Shown piece by piece: positions 8,840-17,077 of a DNA stretch of 20,000 nucleotides (within the stretch, counting starts at the first letter, position 1; every line of letters begins with the position of its first letter). The DNA is from an uncultured virus (IMG/VR IMGVR_UViG_3300025653_000029) (taxonomy: Duplodnaviria > Heunggongvirae > Uroviricota > Caudoviricetes), in IMG/VR virus record IMGVR_UViG_3300025653_000029; one strand, written 5' to 3'. The notes beneath the pieces were generated by a model. The model was not told the origin of the DNA and did not search any database. It saw only the letters and a program-made list of their open reading frames with translations. Both the position numbers and the translations under genes were made by a program.

Positions 8840-9018
8840 TGATTAAATGCTGGAACTGCGGTACAGAAATGGAAAAACGCGGGGTAGAAGAATACAAAGC
8901 ATCATTACTAGCTAATATAAGAAATCTAGAAGAAATATTTTCTACCGTAGGAGATAACTATAGGGCAAGTGCCTATGAAGATATTATCTATTTGATTGAG
9001 AACTTTGATGGGCAATGA
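8836..9018 (+). CDS. hypothetical protein (CWNCG)
   Basis: ATGA coupling, AGGAG RBS. Confidence 0.7.
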   Translation: MMIKCWNCGTEMEKRGVEEYKASLLANIRNLEEIFSTVGDNYRASAYEDIIYLIENFDGQ

Positions 9019-9569
9019 GGAATCTCTCCATATGGCACATCATTTAGCCATGTTACAAGAACAAATTTTTCTCCTGATTTTACTGGCATAGCCTTGTGAG
9101 TGCAGACATAGTTTGATGGAAAGAATACCGCTGAAGGAGTCTGAGGCTTTATACTCACATCATAATATTGAAAGTATGTCTGCCCACCCTCATATTCGGT
9201 CGGGTTTAAATAAACAATGACTGAGGTAGTTCTATATATATTCCACGCAGCATCTGAATGATAATCGAAATATTGTCCTTGTTCGTATTTGAGCAGACTA
9301 ACCCTTTCTGATGAACGTAGATCCGCATTTGGATGATTTGCACAATAGTCTTGAGAGTAAGAAATAAGTAAGTCTTTTAGCTTATTTTTTATATCGGGGC
9401 TAAACCATTTAAAGGGAGTTTCTGTACTTGTTCTTTGAGGCTGAGTAGAGACTTCCCCTGCAAGAAGAGAGTCTTTCCACATTGGCTTTATTCTTTGTGA
9501 GAAAGCAATAATATCTTTGGCAAGTTCGGGTGGGAAATCATATACTTCAAATCCTGGTGGATATATCAT
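8988..9569 (-). CDS. 2OG-Fe(II) oxygenase (prolyl-4-hydroxylase-like)
   Basis: LLKYEQGQYFDYHSD (HxD), SVIVYLN..YEGGQTYF, FPSNY..TH.A.PV.SGEK. Confidence 0.92.
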   Translation of the reverse strand: MIYPPGFEVYDFPPELAKDIIAFSQRIKPMWKDSLLAGEVSTQPQRTSTETPFKWFSPDIKNKLKDLLISYSQDYCANHPNADLRSSERVSLLKYEQGQYFDYHSDAAWNIYRTTSVIVYLNPTEYEGGQTYFQYYDVSIKPQTPSAVFFPSNYVCTHKAMPVKSGEKFVLVTWLNDVPYGEIPHCPSKFSIK

Positions 9570-10338
9570 TATCGAATCTTTCCTTTCCTTTAATATATAT
9601 CTCGTAATCTGGGCTTTTGTCGTAGAACTTTTGTCTGGGAAATAAACAGTCGTATGGCTTACCCACAGCCTTATCTTTGTTGTCGTTGGTGTTGCCTCCT
9701 GCCACCTTTATTCCCCACAAGCTATTTAACAGGTCTATGGTAGCAGACATGTTTTCCGTTATGCCAACGGAATCAAAAGAATCAACGTCATCAAAATAAA
9801 CGGGGTAGGTAGGATTATCTACTGACCACTCTAAGTAATCATCTACACTCATATCATACTTATGAATGTTATATGTCTTGTCATAAAAAGCAGTTGATGG
9901 ACCATCGTCAGTAAATCCTCCCCAACCAGAAATTCCCATTATCTTTCCTGTGTGGTGAGCTAAAAACTCAAGTTTGCGAGGATCGGTTAAATCCCAATTT
10001 TTAAAAATGCTCAATGCGTTCTGTGCCTGTCGCTTGATGAAATAGTATTCAGAAGCAGCCCTGTCATAAGGATCGCGGAGAACAGTAAAGTAGGGGGTAG
10101 AGTTATTCGTAATCTCCTTTATGAGAGAAAGAGTCATATGAGAAGAGCCAGGAGTCTTAGAGTTTCTTAGCCGTGCTCGTCCTAAAGAATAAGGGGAATA
10201 ATAATGAGAAGGCACGGGGGTTAGAGAAAGATATGTACTTCCTGTCTTAGGTACAAACACTATCCCTATAGATGTATTAATAGAAGGAGAAGATCTAGAT
10301 ATGGTGGTTATTTCTTTGTATTTTTTGGCTTCATTCAT
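9547..10338 (-). CDS. sulfotransferase-family protein (Sulfotransfer_2-like)
   Basis: 5'-PAPS motif FVPKTGSTYL and 3'-PAPS motif FTVLRDPYDRAASEYY. Confidence 0.82.
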   Translation of the reverse strand: MNEAKKYKEITTISRSSPSINTSIGIVFVPKTGSTYLSLTPVPSHYYSPYSLGRARLRNSKTPGSSHMTLSLIKEITNNSTPYFTVLRDPYDRAASEYYFIKRQAQNALSIFKNWDLTDPRKLEFLAHHTGKIMGISGWGGFTDDGPSTAFYDKTYNIHKYDMSVDDYLEWSVDNPTYPVYFDDVDSFDSVGITENMSATIDLLNSLWGIKVAGGNTNDNKDKAVGKPYDCLFPRQKFYDKSPDYEIYIKGKERFDNDISTRI

Positions 10339-10524
10339 GATAAATAAGTATATCAAATTGTTGCATAAAAAGATAGTGTAATTATATTATTACACATAAT
10401 GGTGTGTTGTGGAGGGAAATGGGTGATTGTGGGTTTGTTACCAAATCGTAATACTTTTGCGACAATTCTGCGACATTTGTATATAAAAGTATGCAATTTA
10501 TATGCTAAAAGCAATCAAAATAAA

Positions 10525-11052
10525 TTATTTTTCTAAAATATCTATTGGGCCTTGACATGTGGGGGAATATGTGATAGCTGCTTCAATAGCTTCATTGATT
10601 CTTATATGGGGAGATTGATCTGTATTACTATATAGGCATCCATAGGCATATGAAGACCCTGATCCTATTGATACTTCATTATATTCTATACATTGAAAAT
10701 CAGTAAGATCTATTTCATATACCTTTCCCTTTACCCCTACAATAAATCCTGCATTATTGTCATCATCATCAGGTAGTTTTATATTATTATCTGATATAAA
10801 GGAGCGGAGCTTTGGTATAAATACCTGCAGCATATGTCTATCTATATTATGAGTCTTGCCGACAGGGGGGAATTCAAAATTATATACAACAGCTTGACCT
10901 ATACCACTATTACCAGCATATCCAATAAGATATGGACCACATTCAAATATTTTTGGGCGGGTAGAAGAAACAATGGTAGAAGAATCACTATGTCCTCTAT
11001 CTCCTCCTATATATACCTTACCTCCTGATGCTATAGCTACTATACAAGTCAT
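10525..11052 (-). CDS. proteasome-beta/HslV-like Ntn hydrolase
   Basis: M-T-C-I-V start giving N-terminal Thr nucleophile, 'IGGD', 'PKIF', 'IGYAG', 'SIGSGSSYAYG', 'AIEAA'. Confidence 0.85.
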   Translation of the reverse strand: MTCIVAIASGGKVYIGGDRGHSDSSTIVSSTRPKIFECGPYLIGYAGNSGIGQAVVYNFEFPPVGKTHNIDRHMLQVFIPKLRSFISDNNIKLPDDDDNNAGFIVGVKGKVYEIDLTDFQCIEYNEVSIGSGSSYAYGCLYSNTDQSPHIRINEAIEAAITYSPTCQGPIDILEK

Positions 11053-11153
11053 GAAAAGATCCAGGATAAACCAAGCACCATCGTAATCATAAATATAAAA
11101 AAGAAGAACGCGCCTGCTATAAATGTAGTAATAATATCATTACCTTTTTGCAT
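11049..11153 (-). CDS. 34-aa single-TM protein (MQKGNDIITTFIAGAFFFFIFMITMVLGLSWIFS)
   Basis: GGGAGG RBS; ATGA-coupled to the protease gene. Confidence 0.65.
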   Translation of the reverse strand: MQKGNDIITTFIAGAFFFFIFMITMVLGLSWIFS

Positions 11154-11181
11154 ATATCCTCCCTAGCAAATTCTACCAGCT

Positions 11182-11294
11182 TTCCAGGAATTTTACAAGT
11201 CCTTCGTAATCCCCTTTTGTATATTGGGGCGCGTAGAACTTTCCAGGAATTTTGGACATTCTTCGTAATAGTTCTATTTGGGGTGCCGCGCCCC
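11182..11294 (+). repeat. tandem pair of CCAGG-N15-TCGTAA-CGCG-box elements (copies 1, 2)
   Basis: CCAGG 11184/11243, TCGTAA 11204/11263, GGGGCGCG 11226-33 and inverted CGCGCCCC 11287-94. Confidence 0.9.
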
Positions 11295-11381
11295 GCTCCT
11301 CACCCACATTCCCCATCATGATATTTTTCCCTTGCACAATATTCTGCTGCCACAAATTCATCTAGGCAATATGTATCAATC

Positions 11382-11591
11382 TCATGTTGTGTGAAGATCA
11401 TTGTTGATCCTATCCATTTCTATTTCATCTGCAATATCTTCTAGCATGTAGACAATACCCCACAAGATATTATCCCCGTCATCCCAGATAAGTTCTATTA
11501 GTTCTTGTAGTTGATTTTTGAGAAGTTTAGGATCAATAGGGCCAACTTCTACTGATGCCCCCGCTGTTCCTCTTGCTGTTACCATCACCAT
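11382..11591 (-). CDS. hypothetical protein
   Basis: Start likely ATG 11591 after GGGAG; the upstream extension runs through a hairpin. Confidence 0.6.
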   Translation of the reverse strand: MVMVTARGTAGASVEVGPIDPKLLKNQLQELIELIWDDGDNILWGIVYMLEDIADEIEMDRINNDLHTT

Positions 11592-11612
11592 TATTACTCC
11601 CTTGGCGAATGC

Positions 11613-11638
11613 CCCCCACGGCCCATACTCCGTGGGGG
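11613..11638. terminator. GC-rich intergenic hairpin (possible actinobacterial-type terminator without U tract)
   Basis: CCCCCACGG-8 nt-CCGTGGGGG, perfect 9-bp stem just after the stop at 11650. Confidence 0.55.
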
Positions 11639-11649
11639 ACACTCTGTTG

Positions 11650-11898
11650 TTAGTCTAGCAGATAGTCTTTGCTGTATGGGTCGAACGCTGCCTTGTCATC
11701 GGGCATATCTACTCCGTAGAGTTCCATATTATGATCTATCCCGTCTGCTAGGTTTCTTGCGTTCCAAACTAACTGCTTGGGTTGCTGCACTATGAATAGT
11801 GGTATCTGATACTTCCATTCACTTGGCATTACCCTGTTATCTGCGAATATGTCTATCAACTTGTATGCAATAGACTTGGCATTTATCCATGTTGCCAT
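11650..11898 (-). CDS. hypothetical protein
   Basis: Start MATWINAK at 11898 after AGGAGG. Confidence 0.75.
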   Translation of the reverse strand: MATWINAKSIAYKLIDIFADNRVMPSEWKYQIPLFIVQQPKQLVWNARNLADGIDHNMELYGVDMPDDKAAFDPYSKDYLLD

Positions 11899-11917
11899 AG
11901 ACCCACCTCCTGAGTAG

Positions 11918-11946
11918 ATGATACACCAAGGGGCTGACACAATCAA
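11918..11946 (-). promoter_or_regulatory. promoter with TGTCAG-N10-TATCAT (PafBC/RecA-NDp-like) plus TTGATT -35
   Basis: Exact spacing; overlapped by hairpin 11930-11957. Confidence 0.75.
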
Positions 11947-11972
11947 GTGCCAGCCCCCACTAGAAAGGTGAT

Positions 11973-12131
11973 CTACTTGGAAGTGATCTTGGGAGCCTTC
12001 CGCAGAGCGGTAAGCGAAACGTTGTCCACGAACCGACCCTGGTCACGGATCACCACGCGGTCAGACGAACCGAAACGGGTGTCCCACTTCTCAAGGTAGG
12101 CGTAGGTACGACGGTTGTTGCGCTTTGACAT
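11973..12131 (-). CDS. small basic protein (52 aa, MSKRNNRRTYAYLEKWDTRFG...), missed by ORF track
   Basis: AAGGAG RBS, GC3-rich codons, own promoter TTGACA-N17-TAGAAT at about 12168-12197. Confidence 0.8.
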   Translation of the reverse strand: MSKRNNRRTYAYLEKWDTRFGSSDRVVIRDQGRFVDNVSLTALRKAPKITSK

Positions 12132-12181
12132 GTGTTTCTCCTTTTGTAGTAATTACTTACAGGTGATATTCTACTGTATCC

Positions 12182-12607
12182 CTAGACCGCTGTCAATACC
12201 TGCGGGTAGGAAATTTGTGAATGGAATACATGCTGACCATCTTTGTATTCCAATACTGTCATTGACTCATCATCCAGAATGTAAACATATTCGATAAAAC
12301 AATCTGGAATATCATTAGATGAGATAGTTAGTGGATCACTATCACGGTAGGCAATGCCATAGTCAGATACAACAGCGAACCTACCATCTTGCTGCCATTC
12401 ATTGAGAGTTTCACGCTCACCTGACAACACAGACCAGCCCTGAGGGTTCCAGTCTATGACGACATTGCGAACACGATCAACACCCTTGCGATAGATCAAG
12501 TCTAACAAGACTGGCACTCTAGCCTCGGGGTATCCGTCAAAGTGAACATAGCGACCCTCCCAACCATTGTCAGCAGTTCGCCTTGCTACACATGAACGAG
12601 TGCTCAT
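12182..12607 (-). CDS. conserved phage hypothetical protein (YxHxDGYP family)
   Basis: MSTRS...GRYVHFDGYPE...IEYVYI pattern seen in phage early regions. Confidence 0.8.
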   Translation of the reverse strand: MSTRSCVARRTADNGWEGRYVHFDGYPEARVPVLLDLIYRKGVDRVRNVVIDWNPQGWSVLSGERETLNEWQQDGRFAVVSDYGIAYRDSDPLTISSNDIPDCFIEYVYILDDESMTVLEYKDGQHVFHSQISYPQVLTAV

Positions 12608-12813
12608 GCCTCTACCTCCATTACATCCATGCTGTCATAGTAGATATCTGATTGTATCCAATCAGGCTCACACTCAAAACCCTCGGCATCCTCTATGTAG
12701 GAGGTTGGCGTGGCAGAGGAAGCAACTAGATCCTTTGCCTGATCCTCGTCCTCTGCTAAGACTACAACCTGAAAGTCATTCAGCATTTGATAACTAACTA
12801 GATACTTGCGCAT
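12604..12813 (-). CDS. small acidic protein (V.A.xxxxA family)
   Basis: Coupled ORF; similar pattern to 13678-13851 and 15052-15246. Confidence 0.75.
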   Translation of the reverse strand: MRKYLVSYQMLNDFQVVVLAEDEDQAKDLVASSATPTSYIEDAEGFECEPDWIQSDIYYDSMDVMEVEA

Positions 12814-13459
12814 TGGCTAGAGCCTCCATCTTGGCTGGACAATCATCAAACATGTATTCTACATCATCAGGGAAGAATTTGCAAACACAGGTGGTATCCA
12901 ATGCTTCATGATCTGCGTGGCTTTCTGGAATATCCCACTCTTCCCAACTAGTTATTTCACCATTCTGGAATTCATACTCACCACCCCAGCCCTGCTCTTC
13001 ATCGTAGCGATGAGTGAATGAAACGGTGGGGAATTGCTCAGACAGTTCCAGCATCATTTCATCCCACGGTGGCCCCCACGGGGACTCAAAATGATAAGTG
13101 AGTTGCCCTCTGCCCTCTCCGTCTGGACACCTCTCCATGTCTACCCTAGAAGCGTCCCACTTCACGCCCCAATGAGTATTGTTCCAGTTGTACCAGTTGC
13201 CAGCAGTATTACCAACACGCTCACCTTTGATAGTTCCATTAGTGCCATAGTATTCCTCTTCACTCACATTGTAGGGGGGAAGAAAGGGATTACGAAGGGA
13301 CATGTATGTAAATTCCACAGGCTCAATATCATAGTAATCAGTCCTTGTTTCTTTATCCCACTTGTTGATCCTGATTTCCATACGCAGGAACTCTTGCAAC
13401 TTGTCAAGGTCTTCCTTGCTACCGTGACAATGCAATGAATTGTAGACCCAGTTAGGCAT
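12794..13459 (-). CDS. DUF1281/YubB-like ferredoxin-fold protein
   Basis: MPNWVYN start, WYNWNNTHWGVKWDA, FESPWGPP signature; GGAG RBS; promoter TTGACA-N17-TAGAGT at about 13489-13517. Confidence 0.8.
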   Translation of the reverse strand: MPNWVYNSLHCHGSKEDLDKLQEFLRMEIRINKWDKETRTDYYDIEPVEFTYMSLRNPFLPPYNVSEEEYYGTNGTIKGERVGNTAGNWYNWNNTHWGVKWDASRVDMERCPDGEGRGQLTYHFESPWGPPWDEMMLELSEQFPTVSFTHRYDEEQGWGGEYEFQNGEITSWEEWDIPESHADHEALDTTCVCKFFPDDVEYMFDDCPAKMEALANAQVSS

Positions 13460-13518
13460 AACCACTCCATCCATTAGTTGATAGGGGTACTCTACCATTC
13501 CACTATTGAGTTGTCAAG

Positions 13519-13591
13519 TGCCCCCAGCAGGACTTGAACCTGCGACCTGCGGATTAAAAGTCCGTAGCTCTACCAACTGAGCTATAGGGGC
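13519..13591 (-). tRNA. tRNA-Lys (UUU)
   Basis: GCCCCTA/TGGGGGC acceptor, AGCTCAGTTGGTAGAGC D-arm, loop CT-TTT-AA, GGTTCAAGTCC T-arm; no encoded CCA. Confidence 0.95.
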
Positions 13592-13597
13592 TAGAAG

Positions 13598-13671
13598 TTG
13601 GGCGGGTGGGACTTGAACCCACGACCGTCAGTATATAAGACTGATGCTCTAACCTGCTGAGCTACCGCCCA
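13598..13671 (-). tRNA. tRNA-Ile (UAU)
   Basis: TGGGCGG/CCGCCCA acceptor, TCAGT/ACTGA anticodon stem, loop CT-TAT-AT, GTGGG-TTCAAGT-CCCAC T-arm, discriminator A. Confidence 0.92.
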
Positions 13672-13677
13672 GGGGAA

Positions 13678-13851
13678 CTAGATTATCTCTATCTCTAGAG
13701 ACTCTTCATCTAGTTCTACACCTATAGTCTGTGCATCTTCACTATCAAAGTCATGAGATATCCATTTATTCAGAGCATCCCGTTTGTTGTCTGCCTCAAT
13801 AACTAGATTGATAGTGTCAACCTCTTGCCAGGTCAATAGGTACTGAGCCAT
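13678..13851 (-). CDS. small acidic protein (57 aa, MAQYLLTWQEVDTINLVIEADNKRDAL...), missed by ORF track
   Basis: TAATG-coupled, GGGAG RBS. Confidence 0.75.
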   Translation of the reverse strand: MAQYLLTWQEVDTINLVIEADNKRDALNKWISHDFDSEDAQTIGVELDEESLEIEII

Positions 13852-14141
13852 TAGATTCTCCCCAATACATCACGAAAACCAAGGTCATAGACAAAACGCT
13901 CTGAGTCATTCCATGCTGTCTCGCCATAGAATAACTTTTGCTGCCACTTGGAATCTTTACCCATCTTGTATCTCACCTTGTAGAAGTCAGGGAAGGGGTA
14001 GCCAAATTGTACGATGACTGATCCACCATACATACCTCGCCAATCCTCCTCAATCTCGTCTGTAAAGATAGTTTTCCATTCCGAAACTTGCTTGACACTA
14101 GGACGCTTGCTAGGGCGGTATGTCCAATAGTCTGTGTTCAT
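13851..14141 (-). CDS. hypothetical protein
   Basis: 96 aa, KLFYGETAW.D.ER; coupled. Confidence 0.8.
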   Translation of the reverse strand: MNTDYWTYRPSKRPSVKQVSEWKTIFTDEIEEDWRGMYGGSVIVQFGYPFPDFYKVRYKMGKDSKWQQKLFYGETAWNDSERFVYDLGFRDVLGRI

Positions 14142-14341
14142 GCTACTGCGCCTCCCATGGCTAGGTTATACTGATACCAATCTTGTGTGTAGAGCACAAA
14201 GTCTACATCATCAGACCGCAGGGTGTCAAGGTAGTCGTCTAATTCATCTGCCTCAACTACCCTCAAGAAATTATCTTGAGAGTCATATACGTCCCAATAG
14301 AAAGGCTCTGCTCCCCAATCTATTTCATATAGTTTGATCAC
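14138..14341 (-). CDS. hypothetical acidic protein
   Basis: 4-bp overlap coupling on both ends. Confidence 0.75.
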   Translation of the reverse strand: MIKLYEIDWGAEPFYWDVYDSQDNFLRVVEADELDDYLDTLRSDDVDFVLYTQDWYQYNLAMGGAVA

Positions 14342-14544
14342 AGTTCATTTCCATTCTCATCTTGGAAGATAAGGTTAGACAGACCACCAAAGTCCTCTGC
14401 CACCCATTCCAGAATGAATTCTAGAACATCGTCCACATCTTGTGGAATCCATTCTGCATTATCCTGATTCAGGTCCTGGATAATGGACGGTACATGATAA
14501 GTAACGGTCTTGATAACGTTGATGCGTTCGGGTAAGGTGTTCAC
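14338..14544 (-). CDS. hypothetical acidic protein
   Basis: Coupled ORF ending LIFQDENGNEL. Confidence 0.75.
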   Translation of the reverse strand: MNTLPERINVIKTVTYHVPSIIQDLNQDNAEWIPQDVDDVLEFILEWVAEDFGGLSNLIFQDENGNEL

Positions 14545-14828
14545 TTTGCCTCCTGGATATCTACCATCTTGTTTGCAAGTGCTTGGAAGAATCTACTACG
14601 ATTAGGGTCATCTGTCAAGGACGCAAGATCAACCGCCAGCATTCTTGTGGCAGCAGTAAACCCCTTGATGAAGTCTACATTAGTTTGATATTCAGCGGGT
14701 GTAAAGTCATCCATGTAAACATCTAGTTCCATGCCAAGAGCAGTAACCTTGTCAATCATCATATTGAGATAATCCTCCATGGACACATACATCTCACCAT
14801 CATGGTCTAGAACTCTACCGTTATGCAT
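14541..14828 (-). CDS. hypothetical protein
   Basis: Coupled ORF, GGAGG RBS. Confidence 0.75.
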   Translation of the reverse strand: MHNGRVLDHDGEMYVSMEDYLNMMIDKVTALGMELDVYMDDFTPAEYQTNVDFIKGFTAATRMLAVDLASLTDDPNRSRFFQALANKMVDIQEAK

Positions 14829-15052
14829 TATGCCTCCTGGGGTACGGGCAGGGTATCAAGGACAGATGTTAGCACGAAATGGAGGCTAAAGTCAAGTGCC
14901 TCCTCATCACTACCCTCCTCAGGCCAATGCCAACCTGGGAACACATTCTTATCATAGATAGTTCCATCAGTCATGACAGCACGCAGGGTATCGTTGTCAA
15001 TAGACCACATCTTAGTTGCATCATCAAACATCAGCATATAGTGATATTGCAT
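14828..15052 (-). CDS. hypothetical protein
   Basis: TAATG-coupled ORF. Confidence 0.75.
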   Translation of the reverse strand: MQYHYMLMFDDATKMWSIDNDTLRAVMTDGTIYDKNVFPGWHWPEEGSDEEALDFSLHFVLTSVLDTLPVPQEA

Positions 15053-15246
15053 TAGTCCTCCTCAGGCTCAGAGACACAAGATACATCAACATTATCCCAG
15101 GGAATAGAAAAGCCAGCAGGCATGACAGCATAATAGTCACCATCAAACTCCAACTGTGCCATTTCCAATGCTTCCTGATATGATTCAGCCTCAATGTCAA
15201 TAGTGTCACATACAGTCATGACACCCTCAAATGAATAGGTACCCAT
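15052..15246 (-). CDS. small acidic protein (IEAESxxEA family)
   Basis: Coupled ORF, GGAGG RBS. Confidence 0.75.
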   Translation of the reverse strand: MGTYSFEGVMTVCDTIDIEAESYQEALEMAQLEFDGDYYAVMPAGFSIPWDNVDVSCVSEPEED

Positions 15247-15657
15247 TTACTGAACCTCCACCTCTACAAGTTGGATATCTGCATACTCAATATTAATGTC
15301 GCTGTAATTTATGTTGTCAATGACAACACTCAGATCACTCTCAAGTTCATCAATGTTGTATCCCAGGGGAACCTTCACTTCCACATCACCCTCGGCACGG
15401 ACATGAATACTAACCCTGCGATTCAGTTCACGATTAAAGTAACCAGCCAGTTCTTCACCAACCGCTTCCTCAATCTCATCATCAACAACGAATTGCATCA
15501 AACCTTCCATGAAGGATTCGATCTGACGCTCCAAGTAGATCTTGGTATCAACGGTGCTAGAAAGGCTCTTGCAGACCTTATCAAGTTCGTTTTGCAGTTC
15601 CTCAATCTTGGCTTGCATATATTGGGGGGTATAAGGATTGATAGTTGTAGTTTCCAT
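15247..15657 (-). CDS. hypothetical acidic protein with N-terminal coiled coil
   Basis: GAAAGG RBS; first gene after promoter TTGACA-N17-TAGGAT (about 15686-15715). Confidence 0.8.
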   Translation of the reverse strand: METTTINPYTPQYMQAKIEELQNELDKVCKSLSSTVDTKIYLERQIESFMEGLMQFVVDDEIEEAVGEELAGYFNRELNRRVSIHVRAEGDVEVKVPLGYNIDELESDLSVVIDNINYSDINIEYADIQLVEVEVQ

Positions 15658-15719
15658 AACATACCTTTCACTAGTTAATAGACATGATCCTATAACAGAA
15701 TATAGAAGGTGTCAAGAGT

Positions 15720-15819
15720 TTCCAGGAATATTTTTGGTTCATCGTAAAAGAGGGGTTGTGGGGGCGCGTTCCAGGAATTTTTATGTTCCATCGTAACTAA
15801 GCTCTTTGTGACGCGCCCC
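15720..15819 (+). repeat. tandem pair of CCAGG-N15-TCGTAA-CGCG-box elements (copies 3, 4)
   Basis: CCAGG 15722/15771, TCGTAA 15742/15791, GGGGCGCG 15761-68, CGCGCCCC 15812-19. Confidence 0.9.
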
Positions 15820-15823
15820 GTTT

Positions 15824-15899
15824 TGGCGACCCTGATGGGATTTGAACCCACGACCTCCACCGTGACAGGGTGGCGAGCACTCCGCTGCTCTACAGGGCC
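15824..15899 (-). tRNA. tRNA-Asp (GUC) with encoded CCA
   Basis: GGCCCTG/CAGGGTC acceptor, CCACC-CTGTCAC-GGTGG anticodon arm, GGTTCAAATCC, 3' GCCA. Confidence 0.95.
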
Positions 15900-15900
15900 A

Positions 15901-15930
15901 GGGGGCAGTTTATTGTCATGCCCAGGACTA
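15901..15930 (-). ncRNA. small H-type pseudoknot motif (copy C)
   Basis: TAGTC-CTGGGCAT-GACAA-TAAAC-TGCCC; covaries with copies at 18942 and 19084. Confidence 0.6.
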
Positions 15931-15934
15931 GCAA

Positions 15935-16930
15935 TTATGCGAATGCAACTTCTTTCACAGTACGCAAAATGTTGTTCTTTGCACTAGTGGTCGTGGCATC
16001 AAAGCCAGACGCAGCAGCAAGGACACCCTCTGCATTACCACCGCGAGGATTGCGATACCAATCCAGACGCTCCGTGAGTGCGTTGTATGCACCCCACGCA
16101 GTACCTTTGATATTCACGCAGGTAGGACCATTGTAGATATCATTGAGAGTGTCAATCTTGTTCTCCCACTTGGTCATGCTACCCTTTGCGTCCTTCTCAG
16201 GCTTGGGGTAAACAGCCGTGATGATCTCAAAGAATTGCTTGTCGTTGATCTCCTTGGAAATCATTTCACTAGCCATCTTGTCAAACTCATCAAGGTACTT
16301 GTGAGTCAGACCAAGAGCCTCGCGTGCAGCGGCAACCTTACCCTGCACAGTCTGAGTGTGACGGATACGGAAGGACTGCTTTGCACGATTACCCTTGCGA
16401 CCAACGGCAGCGTTGAGAGTGTTCTGGCAGACAACACGCACAGGGGTAACACTAGCCTGAATAGCAAGCGAACCATCATGCGAGGTGTGAACCAACAGGT
16501 AGTTGTTCACCTTGTCACCACGACCCTTGGGGTCAAGGTCAGTCTGACGCTCAAGGGCGAGTGAACCGAACACAACGGTTCCGTTCTTGATACTGCCAGC
16601 GGTTTCCCAGCGACCACCGTCAAGAAGGTTGTCACCAAAGGTGAACAGTTCCTCGTTCTGGAGAACGTTGTAACGCTCACCGACCAGACCAAGCACATCG
16701 TCCTCGCCGTCAAACGGGTTGGTACGAACAGTCGCAAAGTAATCACGATGCGAACGGCCAGGAAGGTCTACAGCCTCTAGGCGTACATTCCAGCCTGCCA
16801 AGTGTGCGAGTTCCAGCATTTCCTGAGTGCTGACAGCCTCGTCAATGACAGTTCCCAAGCCATGCCAAGCGGGTTCCCGCAGGGAAGCAAAGGAAGCCAT
16901 GTCGCCGTACTGCTCCAACATGTGACCCAT
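15935..16930 (-). CDS. DUF932 / phage-plasmid-like protein (TIGR03299 type)
   Basis: REPAWHGLG, VGERYNVLQNEE.F, WETAGS, YLL..TSHDGS, TPVRVVCQNTL, IRHT, GTAWGAYNALTE..D. Confidence 0.92.
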   Translation of the reverse strand: MGHMLEQYGDMASFASLREPAWHGLGTVIDEAVSTQEMLELAHLAGWNVRLEAVDLPGRSHRDYFATVRTNPFDGEDDVLGLVGERYNVLQNEELFTFGDNLLDGGRWETAGSIKNGTVVFGSLALERQTDLDPKGRGDKVNNYLLVHTSHDGSLAIQASVTPVRVVCQNTLNAAVGRKGNRAKQSFRIRHTQTVQGKVAAAREALGLTHKYLDEFDKMASEMISKEINDKQFFEIITAVYPKPEKDAKGSMTKWENKIDTLNDIYNGPTCVNIKGTAWGAYNALTERLDWYRNPRGGNAEGVLAAASGFDATTTSAKNNILRTVKEVAFA

Positions 16931-16962
16931 ATCTATCTCCTATCGTTGTTGTTGATAAGATA

Positions 16963-16992
16963 ACAATACACCACGGGTCTGACAGTTGTCAA
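16963..16992 (-). promoter_or_regulatory. promoter TTGACA-N18-TATTGT with internal TGTCAG-N10-TATTGT
   Basis: Upstream of the DUF932 RBS (AGGAG). Confidence 0.8.
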
Positions 16993-17020
16993 GAGTTTCC
17001 AGATAATTTTTTATTAGACT

Positions 17021-17073
17021 TTTCGGGAAATTAGAACATGCTTCGTAAATAGGGCGTGGCGGGGCGCGGCCCC
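17021..17073 (+). repeat. degenerate CCAGG(TCGGG)-N15-TCGTAA-CGCG-box element (copy 5)
   Basis: TCGGG 17023-27, TCGTAA 17043-48, GGGGCGCGGCCCC 17061-73. Confidence 0.8.
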
Positions 17074-17077
17074 TAGC

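Noticed and set aside
10426..10452. TCGTAA at 10446 as a tenth tripartite element
   Set aside because: It lacks CCAGG 15 nt upstream and the CGCG box.
11173..11361. 62-aa minus-strand ORF
   Set aside because: It runs through the tandem repeat elements and has no clear RBS; probably spurious.
13519..15899. tRNA genes as prophage attachment sites
   Set aside because: No integrase, duplicated tRNA 3' end or host-gene boundary in the window.
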